DNA of 64,000 bases from positions 864,001 through 928,000 of the forward strand of contig CAWHXY010000004.1 in the NCBI GenBank assembly GCA_963833575.1, read 5' to 3'. The notes beneath the pieces were generated by a model, which ran no database searches, had not been told where the DNA came from, and saw nothing but the letters and a program-made list of their open reading frames with translations. Both the position numbers and the translations under genes were made by a program. Numbering within the stretch: position 1 is the first letter of the stretch; each line of letters starts with the position of its first letter. This document shows, in pieces, positions 48,013-58,659 of this stretch. The stretch is from Candidatus Bathyarchaeota archaeon. GTDB lineage: Archaea > Thermoproteota > Bathyarchaeia > Bathyarchaeales > Bathycorpusculaceae.

Positions 48013-48297
48013 CTATAGTTTTTTAGCTACCTCGCTCAAGGGTTGAACTGGCCTCACTTCAACTGCCATCTGACCGAAGAATTTCGAAACTGTCATCGGG
48101 CTATCTGCATCTATGGTGAAGAAGCCTTTGTGATCTGCTGTAGTGTCTGCCGGGCAGCTCATTTAAGCTGCGACTAAATTGATGCCTGATTTTTTGATGT
48201 TGTCAGAGCTGAAAAGTTGCTTAAGCATGGCTTTGCCTTCATTGCTTAGCAGGGGACATCGAGCAGCGGAATGAGTGTGGGTTGCTTCATATAACAA
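48013..48297 (-). pseudogene. Small HxH...CP protein interrupted by an in-frame TAA
   Basis: GGAGGTGA RBS, TTG start, MLYEATHTHSAARCP...LVAA*MSCPADTTADHKGFF...EVAKKL; TAA at 48163-48165. Confidence 0.7.
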
Positions 48298-48468
48298 GTA
48301 TTTCACCTCCCATTTTTAGACTAAAAAAGCCTAGATTTTTGGTTAATGACCAAATGGTATTTTGCTTATCTGAAGATATAAAAATTTCCGTTAAGATTCA
48401 TATTCAATTATTCAATTTTAAGGAAACGTAAATTAATGTACGCTTAAATTTATTCAATAGTGAATTCT

Positions 48469-49248
48469 ATGAAGGTAGCAGTTTCTGGTAAAGGCGGAGT
48501 CGGCAAAACCCTAATTGCTGGTGGTTTAGCCCATGGTTTTGCTGAACGCGGCTTAAAAACTATTGCGATTGATGCAGATTCCTCTCCAAATCTGGCTTTA
48601 ACGCTGGGTTTGTCGGCTGAGGAAACGCGTAAAATCGTGCCTATTTCCGAGAATAAGACTCTAGTCGAGTCCAAAACAAGCACTGAATACACAGGTGTTT
48701 ACAACTTAAATTTCACGGTTGACGACATTGTCAAGGAATATTCTGTTCCCACACCATTAGGTGTAAACTTGATTGTTATGGGTACCGTTCAGGCAATGGA
48801 GGCAGGATGCATGTGTGCTCCAAACGCTGTCATACGCGCTTTGCTTCGCCATCTAGTTGTGGAACGAGACGAAGCTGTTGTTTTGGACCTTGAAGCCGGT
48901 GTAGAGCATATAGGCAGGGGCACCGCCAGACAAGTAGACGCATTACTAATTATTGCTGACTCTAACCTGAAATCTCTGGAAATCGCTAAGCACATACATG
49001 ACATGGCGTCTGTCGCTGGCATGAAAAAACTTTACCTCATCGGCAACAGAGTCATGAACGATGCCCAAAAAGAGGCCATTCAGAACTTCGCAGACAAAAA
49101 TGGCTTAACGGTGCTTGCTTTTATACCGTGGGATCAAAAAGTCATAGATGCTGACATGCAAGGCGAAACCCCGCTTAAGAATAAGGAAATAGTTGCTGTT
49201 AAAACCATAGATAATATATGTGAGCTTTTGCTTAAGAAAGCAGCTTAG
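48469..49248 (+). CDS. cooC: CooC/AcsF nickel-insertion ATPase
   Basis: GKGGVGKT, IDAD, GCMC, DLEAGVEH.GRG. Confidence 0.92.
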   Translation: MKVAVSGKGGVGKTLIAGGLAHGFAERGLKTIAIDADSSPNLALTLGLSAEETRKIVPISENKTLVESKTSTEYTGVYNLNFTVDDIVKEYSVPTPLGVNLIVMGTVQAMEAGCMCAPNAVIRALLRHLVVERDEAVVLDLEAGVEHIGRGTARQVDALLIIADSNLKSLEIAKHIHDMASVAGMKKLYLIGNRVMNDAQKEAIQNFADKNGLTVLAFIPWDQKVIDADMQGETPLKNKEIVAVKTIDNICELLLKKAA

Positions 49249-49266
49249 ACTATGAGGTTTTATTAA

Positions 49267-50031
49267 ATGAAAACTCTTGTTACTATTGGGCGTGGTGGAA
49301 CAGGAAAATCCAGCTTCACGGCTTTAATGGCTAAAAGTTTCATAGAAACTTACCAATCACCTCTTTTGCTAGTTGATGCTGATCCAGACCAGAACCTAGG
49401 CGAAATGCTTGGAATTGACCTGAAAGAAGCAGGAAAATCAACCATAGCCGAGCTTCTTGTGAGCACATTCATCGAGCAAGGAGGCACTACAATCGGCGTT
49501 CCTCCGACCCAACGAATAGAAAGCCGCATCTGGGAAAAAGGGTTATACGAGAGCGAAAATTTCGATTTTCTCTCGGTTGGCACTAAATGGGTTGAAGGCT
49601 GCTATTGCATGCCGAATTCAGCTCTGAAAGGTGCACTAGAATCATTAACTAAAAATTACAAATATATACTCGTTGACTCTCCAGCTGGACTAGAAAACCT
49701 AAACAGACGAATTACTTCAAACGTAAACGACATTTTCGATATTCTCGATCACTCAAAGAAATCCCAAGACCATGTTAGACGAGCCGTCAAAATAGCTAAT
49801 GAAGTTGACATGAAATTTGAAAACTTTTACTTAGTGGGTGGCTACCGTTTTCCAGCAGAACTTGGAAAACAAGCTGAAGCTGACCTAAAATTCAAGTACT
49901 TGGGAAAAATTGAAGCTGATGAGACGTTAGATGAATATGTTTTGGGTGGAAAGTCGCTTCTTGAATTGCCAAAAGACAACAAAGCATACCTCTCAGTTAA
50001 GGAAATACTGAAAACTTTGGGCTATTTGTAG
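49267..50031 (+). CDS. cooC: Second CooC/AcsF-type ATPase
   Basis: GRGGTGKS, VDADPDQNL, EGCYC, DSPAGLENLNRR. Confidence 0.88.
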   Translation: MKTLVTIGRGGTGKSSFTALMAKSFIETYQSPLLLVDADPDQNLGEMLGIDLKEAGKSTIAELLVSTFIEQGGTTIGVPPTQRIESRIWEKGLYESENFDFLSVGTKWVEGCYCMPNSALKGALESLTKNYKYILVDSPAGLENLNRRITSNVNDIFDILDHSKKSQDHVRRAVKIANEVDMKFENFYLVGGYRFPAELGKQAEADLKFKYLGKIEADETLDEYVLGGKSLLELPKDNKAYLSVKEILKTLGYL

Positions 50032-50167
50032 TCCCATATTTTTTTACATAGTTTTTCAAAAACATTCCATATCTACAGCTGCAACATGACTTTTGCCTAA
50101 GAAATCTGGAAAGGTTTAAAAAGATTGTAATGTGACATACACGTAAACCTTTACAGAGGTTTCTCAT

Positions 50168-52516
50168 TTGACAAGTAAAAACGTCCAAATTAAAATCGAC
50201 GAAATGAAGACCAGTAATGGTCAAATTAAAAACTTTGAATTGTCCATTGGCAAAGTTATCAACGATAATTACACAGAACCGATGGGTCCTACCCCAATGC
50301 CATCCATGACTACCCTGCGAGATTGGGACATGAAACTCCTCAATAAGTACAAGCCATTTTACATGCCAGATTGTGATCTTTGCTGTCTGTGCACTTTTGG
50401 AAAATGCGATTTGACAGCTGGAAAACGCGGTGCATGCGGCATAGACATAGCAACCCAATCATCTCGAATTGTGATGTTAGCTTGTGCAATTGGCGCAGCA
50501 TGCCACTCAGCACACTCACGCCACTTAGTTCAACACTTAATTGAAAAATACGGTCGCAGATACCCATTAAACGTCGGCGGCCTAAACATTAAAGTTGAAG
50601 CGCCAGTTACACGCCTTGTTGTAGGAGTAAAACCCGAAACTCTCGGAGATCTTGAAGATGTTTTGTCTTATGTTGAAGAACAAATCACCCAAGTTCTTGC
50701 AGTTGGACACACAGGTCAAGAAGGTCACAATTTAGATTTTGAATCCAAAGCTTTCCACGTCGGCATGATTGACCACGTTGGTATGGAAGTCGGTGACATT
50801 GCACAGATTTCCACCTTAGGTTACCCAAAAGCTGAGGCTGACGCACCACTTGTGAAGCTTGGTATTGGTAGTGTTGATCGAGCAAAGCCCGTTGTTATGG
50901 TCATCGGACACAACGTGGTTCCATCGATTGGAATTATCGATTATGCAAAAGAAACCAAAGCTGACGACAAAATAGAAGTAGTCGGCTTATGCTGCACAGC
51001 ACACGACATAACTAGGTACTATAACAAAGCCAGAATCGTTGGACCAATCAGCTGGGAGTTAAGATACATACGTGCAGGTTTGGCAGACGTGGTCGTTCTT
51101 GACGAACAATGCATTCGAACAGACGTCTACGAAGAAGCAGCAAAAGTTAACGCTCCAGTAATCGCTGCATCAGAAAAGAACTGCATGGGCTTCAAGAACC
51201 GCACAAATGACCCAACAGACGAAATTGTCTCTGACCTAGTAAGCGGCAAAGTTCAAGGTGTGCTGATCCTTGACCCAGAAAAAGTTGGCGAAGTCGCAGT
51301 CCGTGTCGCTCAGAGTGTTGCTCCATTACGCAAACGAAAGAGCAGCCTTCCAACGTTAGAGGAAATTACCCAAATTGCTAAGACTTGCACACAATGCAAG
51401 AGTTGCCAACGTAACTGTCCACAAGACTACGCAATTCCAGCAGCAATCAAAGCAGCAGCAAAAGGTGACATAACCTTACTAACCGACTTGTATGAGACGT
51501 GCATCGGCTGCGGAAGGTGCGAAGAAGCATGCCCACAAAAAATCATGATCCACAGTCTCATCGTTAAAGCAGGCGAAAAAGCAATGCTTGCAGAAAACAA
51601 TCTTTGCAGGGTAGGCAGAGGCGCAGTTCAGGACGTTGAAATCCGCAATGTAGGCAGCCCAATCGTCCTTGGAGAAATCCCAGGTATCCTTGCAGTAGTT
51701 GGTTGCAGCAACTATCCAAAAGGCGGAAAAGACGTCTATGATATATGCAGAGAATTCGCACTGAGACGATACATCGTTGTCTTATCAGGATGCTCAGCCA
51801 TGTCAGCTGGCAGCTACAGAAACAGCGAAGGCCAAACAATATACGAAGAATTCCCAGGCGGATTCGAAGCTGGAGGAGTGCTCAACGTCGGCTCATGCGT
51901 AGCAAACAGCCACATCGCCGGTGCATGTATCAAAGTAGCAAACATATTCGCAAAACGCCCATTAAGAGGCAACTATGAAGAAATCGCAGATTACATCCAC
52001 AACCGCTTAGGTGCAGTTGGCTTAGCTTGGGGTGCATATTCACAGAAAGCCGCAGCAATTGGAGCGGGATTCTGGCGTTTAGGCGTACCAGTCCTCGTTG
52101 GACCACACGGTGTAAAGTACCGTCGTATGCTCCTTGGTAGAAAAGATCACCCAGAAGACTTTGAAGTTTACGATGCACGCACAGGCGACAAAGTAAGAGT
52201 CGGACCAGCACCAGAACACCTCTTTAACTCAGTAGAAACCAAAGAAGAATGTATGGTTGCCATCGCAAAGCTTTGCATTAGACCAAACGATACATGGAAA
52301 GGACGCAGCATAAAACTAAGCCACTATGTCGACTTAAGCAAACGATACTTAGGCGTTATGCCTGATGACTTGCACCTGTTCGTAAGAACAATGGCTGATG
52401 TCCCAATGACCATGAAAGACGAATTCACAAAGATACTTGAAGCACACGACTGGAAAGAAACAGTAATTCCGGACCCAACATTACTTCCAAGAATGGTCCG
52501 AAAAATGAAGGAGTAA
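50168..52516 (+). CDS. cdhA: CO dehydrogenase/acetyl-CoA synthase alpha subunit
   Basis: CDLCCLCTFGKC, GHN, GLCCT, DEQC, 2x[4Fe-4S] insert, GSCVAN, SQKA. Confidence 0.97.
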   Translation: MTSKNVQIKIDEMKTSNGQIKNFELSIGKVINDNYTEPMGPTPMPSMTTLRDWDMKLLNKYKPFYMPDCDLCCLCTFGKCDLTAGKRGACGIDIATQSSRIVMLACAIGAACHSAHSRHLVQHLIEKYGRRYPLNVGGLNIKVEAPVTRLVVGVKPETLGDLEDVLSYVEEQITQVLAVGHTGQEGHNLDFESKAFHVGMIDHVGMEVGDIAQISTLGYPKAEADAPLVKLGIGSVDRAKPVVMVIGHNVVPSIGIIDYAKETKADDKIEVVGLCCTAHDITRYYNKARIVGPISWELRYIRAGLADVVVLDEQCIRTDVYEEAAKVNAPVIAASEKNCMGFKNRTNDPTDEIVSDLVSGKVQGVLILDPEKVGEVAVRVAQSVAPLRKRKSSLPTLEEITQIAKTCTQCKSCQRNCPQDYAIPAAIKAAAKGDITLLTDLYETCIGCGRCEEACPQKIMIHSLIVKAGEKAMLAENNLCRVGRGAVQDVEIRNVGSPIVLGEIPGILAVVGCSNYPKGGKDVYDICREFALRRYIVVLSGCSAMSAGSYRNSEGQTIYEEFPGGFEAGGVLNVGSCVANSHIAGACIKVANIFAKRPLRGNYEEIADYIHNRLGAVGLAWGAYSQKAAAIGAGFWRLGVPVLVGPHGVKYRRMLLGRKDHPEDFEVYDARTGDKVRVGPAPEHLFNSVETKEECMVAIAKLCIRPNDTWKGRSIKLSHYVDLSKRYLGVMPDDLHLFVRTMADVPMTMKDEFTKILEAHDWKETVIPDPTLLPRMVRKMKE

Positions 52517-52532
52517 ATGGAGGAGAAAAAAC

Positions 52533-53075
52533 ATGTCCTGTGAACCATGGCAATGTGCAGAAATAGCCTCAACTAAAAAAGCAAACCCCATAACTAAACC
52601 CGAGATAGCAGTAGCAATGATCAAAAAAGCCCAACGTCCCCTTCTTATTGTGGGAAGCAATGCGACTGAAAGGTACATGGAAGGCAAACAATTAATCGAA
52701 TACATGATTGACTTTGCTAACGCCTCCAAAGTACCAGTGGTAGCAACTGCTCACATGGTGGGCGAATTCATAAAGCGTGGATACCAACCAGCGGCATTTA
52801 TGAATGCAATGGAGATTGGAAACCTAGTAGTTGATCCAACCTGGCAGGGGTTGGACGGCAAAGGACACCCAGACTTAGTTATGTTTGTCGGGTTGCCTTA
52901 CTATGTTGAATCGTTGATGCTCTCAGGGCTCAAACATTTTGCACCGGACCTAAAAACTATGACTCTCGACAACCTGTTTCATGTGCATGCGAGCTGGTCT
53001 TTCCCAAATGCAACCCTAGAAGAATGGGCTGCAAACCTCAAAGTAATGACCTCAAAATTTAATGGAGGAAATTAA
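52533..53075 (+). CDS. cdhB: CODH/ACS epsilon subunit
   Basis: IKKAQRPLLIVG, WQGLDGKGHPDL, ASWSFPN. Confidence 0.95.
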   Translation: MSCEPWQCAEIASTKKANPITKPEIAVAMIKKAQRPLLIVGSNATERYMEGKQLIEYMIDFANASKVPVVATAHMVGEFIKRGYQPAAFMNAMEIGNLVVDPTWQGLDGKGHPDLVMFVGLPYYVESLMLSGLKHFAPDLKTMTLDNLFHVHASWSFPNATLEEWAANLKVMTSKFNGGN

Positions 53076-53078
53076 AAA

Positions 53079-54491
53079 ATGTCTATGTTTAAAGATATAC
53101 CTGTTGAAGTTGGCGTAATATTCGAAGGCGAACGTATCCGAAGAAATGACATGCAAGTAGAACTCGGCGGACCCACTGTAAAACAAAAGTTTGAATTAGC
53201 TAAAGTAAAACCCATGGATGAAGTCGAAGATGGAAAAATTACCATCATCGGCCCAGACTTAAAAGACCTGAAAGAAGGCGGCGCATACCCCTTCGGTATT
53301 CTTGTCGAAGCTGCAGGCGCAAAACTTGACCAAGGCCTCGAAGGAGTTATTGAAAGGCGCATTCACGGCTATCTGAACTACATCGAAGGCTTCATGCACC
53401 TCAATCAGCGTTATGACATCTGGATACGCATTGGCAAAAAATCATTCCAAAAAGGTTTGAACAGTTTTGAACCAATCGGCAAAGTTCTCTTACGCTTATT
53501 CAAGAGTGAACTACCAATTATTGAGAAAGTGCAAATTACCTTCATAACAGACCCAGCAAAACTAGAAGAAATGACTCCTGAAGCAATGCAAGCATATGAA
53601 TCACGCGATGCAAAAGCCAGAGGCCTCAAAGACTCAGAAGTAGACACATTCTATGGTTGTGCGCTCTGCCAATCATTTGCACCAAGCCACGTCTGCATAA
53701 TTACACCTCAAAGGTACAGCAACTGCGGCGCAATCAGCTGGTTTGACGGCAAAGCCTCAGCAAGCATTGATCCGAAAGGTCCAGTATTCGCTATTCCAAG
53801 AGGAGAAATGATCAACGAAGAGAAAGGCGAGTTCTCAGGCGTCAACGAAGCCGCGAAAAAACGTACCATGGGCGAAGTTAACCAAGTTTGGCTCTACACA
53901 GCATTTGACCACCCACACACTTCATGCGGATGCTTCGAAGCAGTAACATTCTATATCCCTGAAGTCGACGGATTAGCAGTAGTAAACAGAGCCTTCAAAG
54001 GTGCAGCTGTAAACGGCTTACCCTTCAGCACTATCGCAGATTCAGCCGCAGGCGGAAGACAAATTGACGGGTTCCACGGAATGTCCATTGAATACATGAG
54101 AAGCAAAAAATTCTTCGCTGCAGACGGTGGATGGAACCGAATAGTTTGGGTACCTAAAGAAGTCAAAGAAAAAGTGAAAGACTTCATACCCCCAGAACTC
54201 GTTGATAAAATAGCGACTGAAGAAGACGCAAAGAACGTAGATGAACTCAAAGCTTTCCTTAAAGCTAAGAATCACCCAGTCGTCGCAAGATGGGAAAAAG
54301 AAGAAGCACCAGTAGCAGAAGCACCAACAATGCAAATTAATGAAGAAGCAGCAGGAACAATGATGCCAGTTGCAACAGCAGGCACACTCCCAATAATGGC
54401 CGGCGGATTCAAAATCATACTTAAAGACGCAAAAATCTATGCAAACAAAGTCATCATAACAACAGTCAAAGACGACAAAGACAAACGGTGA
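53079..54491 (+). CDS. cdhC: Acetyl-CoA synthase beta subunit
   Basis: FYGCALCQSFAP.HVC, PHTSCGCFE. Confidence 0.97.
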   Translation: MSMFKDIPVEVGVIFEGERIRRNDMQVELGGPTVKQKFELAKVKPMDEVEDGKITIIGPDLKDLKEGGAYPFGILVEAAGAKLDQGLEGVIERRIHGYLNYIEGFMHLNQRYDIWIRIGKKSFQKGLNSFEPIGKVLLRLFKSELPIIEKVQITFITDPAKLEEMTPEAMQAYESRDAKARGLKDSEVDTFYGCALCQSFAPSHVCIITPQRYSNCGAISWFDGKASASIDPKGPVFAIPRGEMINEEKGEFSGVNEAAKKRTMGEVNQVWLYTAFDHPHTSCGCFEAVTFYIPEVDGLAVVNRAFKGAAVNGLPFSTIADSAAGGRQIDGFHGMSIEYMRSKKFFAADGGWNRIVWVPKEVKEKVKDFIPPELVDKIATEEDAKNVDELKAFLKAKNHPVVARWEKEEAPVAEAPTMQINEEAAGTMMPVATAGTLPIMAGGFKIILKDAKIYANKVIITTVKDDKDKR

Positions 54492-55729
54492 TTTCTACGC
54501 CCCAAAACGACACAGACAAAGACAAAAAGAAAGACAATGAAGGATTAATACTAAGCGAAGAATTACTTAATGCGCTCGCAAAATTCCAGCAAATAGAGCT
54601 GCAAGACTTCCAAATGGACGTCAAGGACTTGGAAATAGTCTTTGAACCCGGCATGGCTGGACAAATAATGCCCAAACTAAAGCTTCCAGGCGCAGTAGCA
54701 GGCGGAAAACCAATTTCAATGCTACAGGTGCCTTTCCTGCCGCCAATCGAAACTTACCCAAACAAAATTACCGAAGTAACACTTGGGGCAACAAGAAAAG
54801 ACGGCGGCACACGCGGAAAATCATTCACTATAGGCGGAGAAGTCTCCCCTGCTTTCTACAGTTTTGAGAACCCAATGCCTCACAAACCAGTAATTACCCT
54901 TGACGTTTTCGACATGGAAGTTCCATTAAGCAAAGCCGTCAAAATGCACGTAAAAGACGTCGTTGGCGACCCAGCAGCATGGGCAAAACTAGCCGTAGAA
55001 AAATTTGGCGCGGACATGGTAACAGTCCACTTAATCAGCATAGATCCCTTACTGAAAGACGCTACACCAAAAGATGCAGTAAAAACCGTTGAAAAAGTTC
55101 TTCAAGCAGTTGACGTACCACTTGTTATCGGTGGATGCGGAGACCCAGTTAAAGATGCAGATGTTTTCGAAGCAATATGCGAAGCCTTCCCTGGAGAGCG
55201 GTTCCTAATCAGTTCAGTAACACGCGACATGGACGTCGAACGATGTGCAAAATACATAAAGAAAGCAGGTCACGCGGTCCTATCATTCACTCCAATGGAC
55301 CTTAACTTAGCACGAGAACTAAACAGACGACTATACGACTTCCTTGGAAGAGAAGACATAGTTATGGACTTAACAACTGCTGCATTAGGCTACGGTTTAG
55401 ACTACGCATTCACAAACATGGAACGCGCACGAATAGGCGGATTAATGGGCGATTCCGAGTTAGCTCATCCAATGTCCTCAGGCACAACCAACGCTTGGGC
55501 AGCCCGTGAAGCATGGCTAAAGATGTCAGCTGAATGGGAACCACGCGAACTTAGAGGTCCACTTTGGGAAGTAACCACGGCATTGACATTATTGCTTGCA
55601 GGCGTTGATCTATTCATGATGATGCACCCAGCAGCCGTAAAAACACTAAAAGACGTCACAAACTACATGACAAGCGGCAAAAAAGCCGACCCATCAAAAT
55701 ACGCAAGCTGGGTTACAGTAAAAGCTTAA
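54488..55729 (+). CDS. cdhD: Corrinoid Fe-S protein delta subunit
   Basis: IGGE...FY.FE, DLTTAALGYGLDY, AWAAREAW, MMHP. Confidence 0.95.
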   Translation: MISTPQNDTDKDKKKDNEGLILSEELLNALAKFQQIELQDFQMDVKDLEIVFEPGMAGQIMPKLKLPGAVAGGKPISMLQVPFLPPIETYPNKITEVTLGATRKDGGTRGKSFTIGGEVSPAFYSFENPMPHKPVITLDVFDMEVPLSKAVKMHVKDVVGDPAAWAKLAVEKFGADMVTVHLISIDPLLKDATPKDAVKTVEKVLQAVDVPLVIGGCGDPVKDADVFEAICEAFPGERFLISSVTRDMDVERCAKYIKKAGHAVLSFTPMDLNLARELNRRLYDFLGREDIVMDLTTAALGYGLDYAFTNMERARIGGLMGDSELAHPMSSGTTNAWAAREAWLKMSAEWEPRELRGPLWEVTTALTLLLAGVDLFMMMHPAAVKTLKDVTNYMTSGKKADPSKYASWVTVKA

Positions 55730-55735
55730 GGAGAT

Positions 55736-57169
55736 ATGACTGAAATGGCAGAAAAGAAAAAAGGCGGATTAAAAGAACTTAGCCCCATACTCATTTACAA
55801 GTCCTTGCCAAAAATTAACTGCAAAGAATGCGGCGTCGACAACTGCATGGCATTCGCCACCAAGATTGTCAACCGAGAAGTTGAACTAGACAGCTGCAAA
55901 CCACTCCTCAAACCAGAAAACGCCAAATCCTACGCCGTACTCAAAGAACTCCTAAAACCAGCAGTAAAAGAAGTTATTGTTGGCGTTGGCGACAAAGCAA
56001 AGAAAATCGGCGGAAAGCTTGTCATGTACCGCCATGAATTCACTTACAAAAACCCCACAGCCATCGCAATTGATGTAACTGACGAAATGCCCGAGAATGA
56101 AGTAGTTGCCCGTGTCCAAAAAACAGAAAACTTCACTTTCGAATACATCGGCAATACACTAAAACTAGACATGATAGCAATTAGATGCACCTCAGAAGAT
56201 GCAGACAAATTCAAAGCGATTGTCAAGAAAGTTTCAGAAACAACCAAACTACCCATGATACTTTGCACCCTAAACCCAACAATCGCAGAAGCAGGCTTAA
56301 TGGCTTCACCAAAAGCAAGACCACTACTCTACGCAGCAACCACAACCAACTGGAAAGACATGGCAGAACTCGCAATAATGTATGATTGTCCATTAGTGGC
56401 GTCGGCACCTAACGATATGACTGCACTCGTATCTCTTGCAAAGACATTGATGACGTACGGGGTAAAAGACATAGTTTTAGATCCAGGCACATTCATCAAC
56501 GAAGGATTACCCGACACAATTAACAATTTCACAATGCTCCGAAGAGCAGCAACCAAAGGCGGCGAGGAACTAGCAGGTTTACCATTACTTGGCGTGCCCA
56601 TGGTAGCTTGGGTAGACAAAGGAGACACAGCCGACGACCTAATCAAATGGCGAGAAGCATATGTAGCGTCAATGCTTATCGTCCGATACGCAGACGTACT
56701 CATAATGCACGGCGACAGCGGATGGTCACTTCTACCGACCGCAGTATTGCGCCAGAACATTTACACGGACCCACGCAAGCCAGTCGCAGTAGCTCCAGGA
56801 CTCAAAGTCTACGGCACACCCGACGAAAACTCACCAGTAATGTTCACAACAAACTTCGCATTAACCTACTACACAGTAGCCTCAGACATAGAAAGCAACA
56901 AACTCAACGCCTACCTAATCGTAGTCGAAACAGAAGGCTCAGCAATCGACAGCGGAGTCGCAGGACGCAAACTAACCGCAGAAAGAGTCGCAGACGCAAT
57001 CAAAGCATCAGGCATAGAAAGCAAAGTTAAACACCGAAAAATCATCATCCCAGGCAAAGCCTCACGCATAAGCGGCGAAATCGAAGAACTAAGCGGCTGG
57101 AAAGTACTGGTTGGACCACGCGACAGCAGCGAGATACCAAAGTATCTCATAGAAAAATGGCAACCATAA
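55736..57169 (+). CDS. cdhE: Corrinoid Fe-S protein gamma subunit
   Basis: LPKINCKECG..NCMAFA, RQNIYTDP, TTNFALTY, VGPRDS. Confidence 0.97.
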   Translation: MTEMAEKKKGGLKELSPILIYKSLPKINCKECGVDNCMAFATKIVNREVELDSCKPLLKPENAKSYAVLKELLKPAVKEVIVGVGDKAKKIGGKLVMYRHEFTYKNPTAIAIDVTDEMPENEVVARVQKTENFTFEYIGNTLKLDMIAIRCTSEDADKFKAIVKKVSETTKLPMILCTLNPTIAEAGLMASPKARPLLYAATTTNWKDMAELAIMYDCPLVASAPNDMTALVSLAKTLMTYGVKDIVLDPGTFINEGLPDTINNFTMLRRAATKGGEELAGLPLLGVPMVAWVDKGDTADDLIKWREAYVASMLIVRYADVLIMHGDSGWSLLPTAVLRQNIYTDPRKPVAVAPGLKVYGTPDENSPVMFTTNFALTYYTVASDIESNKLNAYLIVVETEGSAIDSGVAGRKLTAERVADAIKASGIESKVKHRKIIIPGKASRISGEIEELSGWKVLVGPRDSSEIPKYLIEKWQP

Positions 57170-57173
57170 GCCA

Positions 57174-57204
57174 TCCATTTTTTCCCTTTGTCTTTAATCT
57201 TTTT
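57174..57204 (+). terminator. Oligo-T archaeal terminator after cdhE
   Basis: tccattttttccctttgtctttaatctttt immediately after the stop codon. Confidence 0.45.
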
Positions 57205-57529
57205 AAGAAACTTGGTTTTCCGTCTATGAATCCGACACTTTCACAATAGATTTAAGTGCAGATTCGACAAAACTTCATCATGCCACTGATTTCTAAATTC
57301 ATAAGATTTACGGTTTCGTGGGCCTCGTTTATGTACCATACCATAATGCCCCACATTGCAACTTTTGGGTGAAGGGTGAACAAGAGAAGGAGCTTGAGCG
57401 ATTGCTCGCCTAAGTTTGAGCGTAGAAGATATATCATCTTTCTTAAAAAACTATCTGTCAAACCTCAAGACTGGAAAAATCGTAAACCCTTGGAATTTCT
57501 ATTGCGATTTCTTTGCCGAAAAACCGAGA

Positions 57530-58543
57530 TCATGCCAAACTGAAATTGTTTTTGGAGTTCAAGAGTTCGTATGCTCTTCTTAGTTGTTCCTCAGCTTTCT
57601 TACGTTCAGTTGTGGAGATTGTCAACTCTAAAGCGGATACAACATTTCCTTTTTCATCTCTAATTGGGGTAACTATGATTTGTATCCAAAACACTTCTCC
57701 ATTGGAATCTATGTTGGTGTATTCGTGAGAGTCAAAAGTTGCTCCGTTTTTAAAAATCTTTTTTACTCCGCAATCTGGACAAACATCGTTCATTTTGTTG
57801 TAGGTCGAATAGCACAGTTTGTTCCGTTCTCCACCAAACTGCCTTAGAACCTTGTTTGCCCAGATAATTCGATAATTCTTTCCGATGATTGTTAACCCAG
57901 CACCAATATTCTCAGTAACACTTTCTATAATGGATAGTTTTTCCCTCAAATCCTGAGCCAATTTAGCCCGCTCCACAGAGAGTACTATTCCATGTGCCAG
58001 TTCACCGTAAACTGTTTCGGGGTCACCTATCTTGTTGAAGTATCCTATAGCTCCAAGATTTATTGCTTTTATGGCTACTTCTTCTCGACCCTTGCCCGTA
58101 AATATTATGAAGGGGATTTCATTTTTTGTTTCACGTAACTCTTTTAGAAATTGGAGACCGTTTTTCTGAGGCATCTCAAAATCAGAAATTATAATATCAT
58201 AGCTTCCACATGCCAATTTAGAGAACGCTTCTTCAACACTGCTGGCATCGTCAATCTCGAATCTGGCATCCCTATCCATCAATATTTGCTTGGAAACTCG
58301 TAAAATAGATGCATCATCATCAACATGCAAAATATGATAAGAAACCTTTTGAATTGAATCTTCTGTTAGAATATTTTTCTTTTCTTCGCTGAAAATCCTG
58401 CTTTCGGAAAAGGAAACGGGTTCTTCTTGTGAGTTTCTTTCTTTCGTTCGAAACCGCCTTAGCTGCGAAACATAAGCATCAGTGTACAATAAGTATTTAC
58501 TGCGTGACACAAAACAGTGTTTTTTGGATATTTTGTGGAACAT
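57530..58543 (-). CDS. Receiver + PAS domain protein, probably a truncated hybrid sensor
   Basis: ILHVDDD, IISDFEMP, FTGKG, then a PAS/PAC ending TERKKAEEQL; no kinase domain; start uncertain. Confidence 0.8.
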   Translation of the reverse strand: MFHKISKKHCFVSRSKYLLYTDAYVSQLRRFRTKERNSQEEPVSFSESRIFSEEKKNILTEDSIQKVSYHILHVDDDASILRVSKQILMDRDARFEIDDASSVEEAFSKLACGSYDIIISDFEMPQKNGLQFLKELRETKNEIPFIIFTGKGREEVAIKAINLGAIGYFNKIGDPETVYGELAHGIVLSVERAKLAQDLREKLSIIESVTENIGAGLTIIGKNYRIIWANKVLRQFGGERNKLCYSTYNKMNDVCPDCGVKKIFKNGATFDSHEYTNIDSNGEVFWIQIIVTPIRDEKGNVVSALELTISTTERKKAEEQLRRAYELLNSKNNFSLA

Positions 58544-58659
58544 CTGTCACCGAAAAATGCCCATTTCTGTAAGTTTTTCGATAGGTTAATCGAAACAAAG
58601 TGTGAGCAATATTTTTTAAGCAACTTATCAGAAATAATAACCAGGCATGAGGTATCGTT

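Noticed and set aside
48163-48165. In-frame stop considered as Sec/Pyl recoding
   Set aside because: The codon is TAA, not TGA or TAG.
57252-57461. 69-aa minus-strand ORF considered as a frameshifted continuation of the REC-PAS gene
   Set aside because: It has no histidine kinase or PAS motifs.
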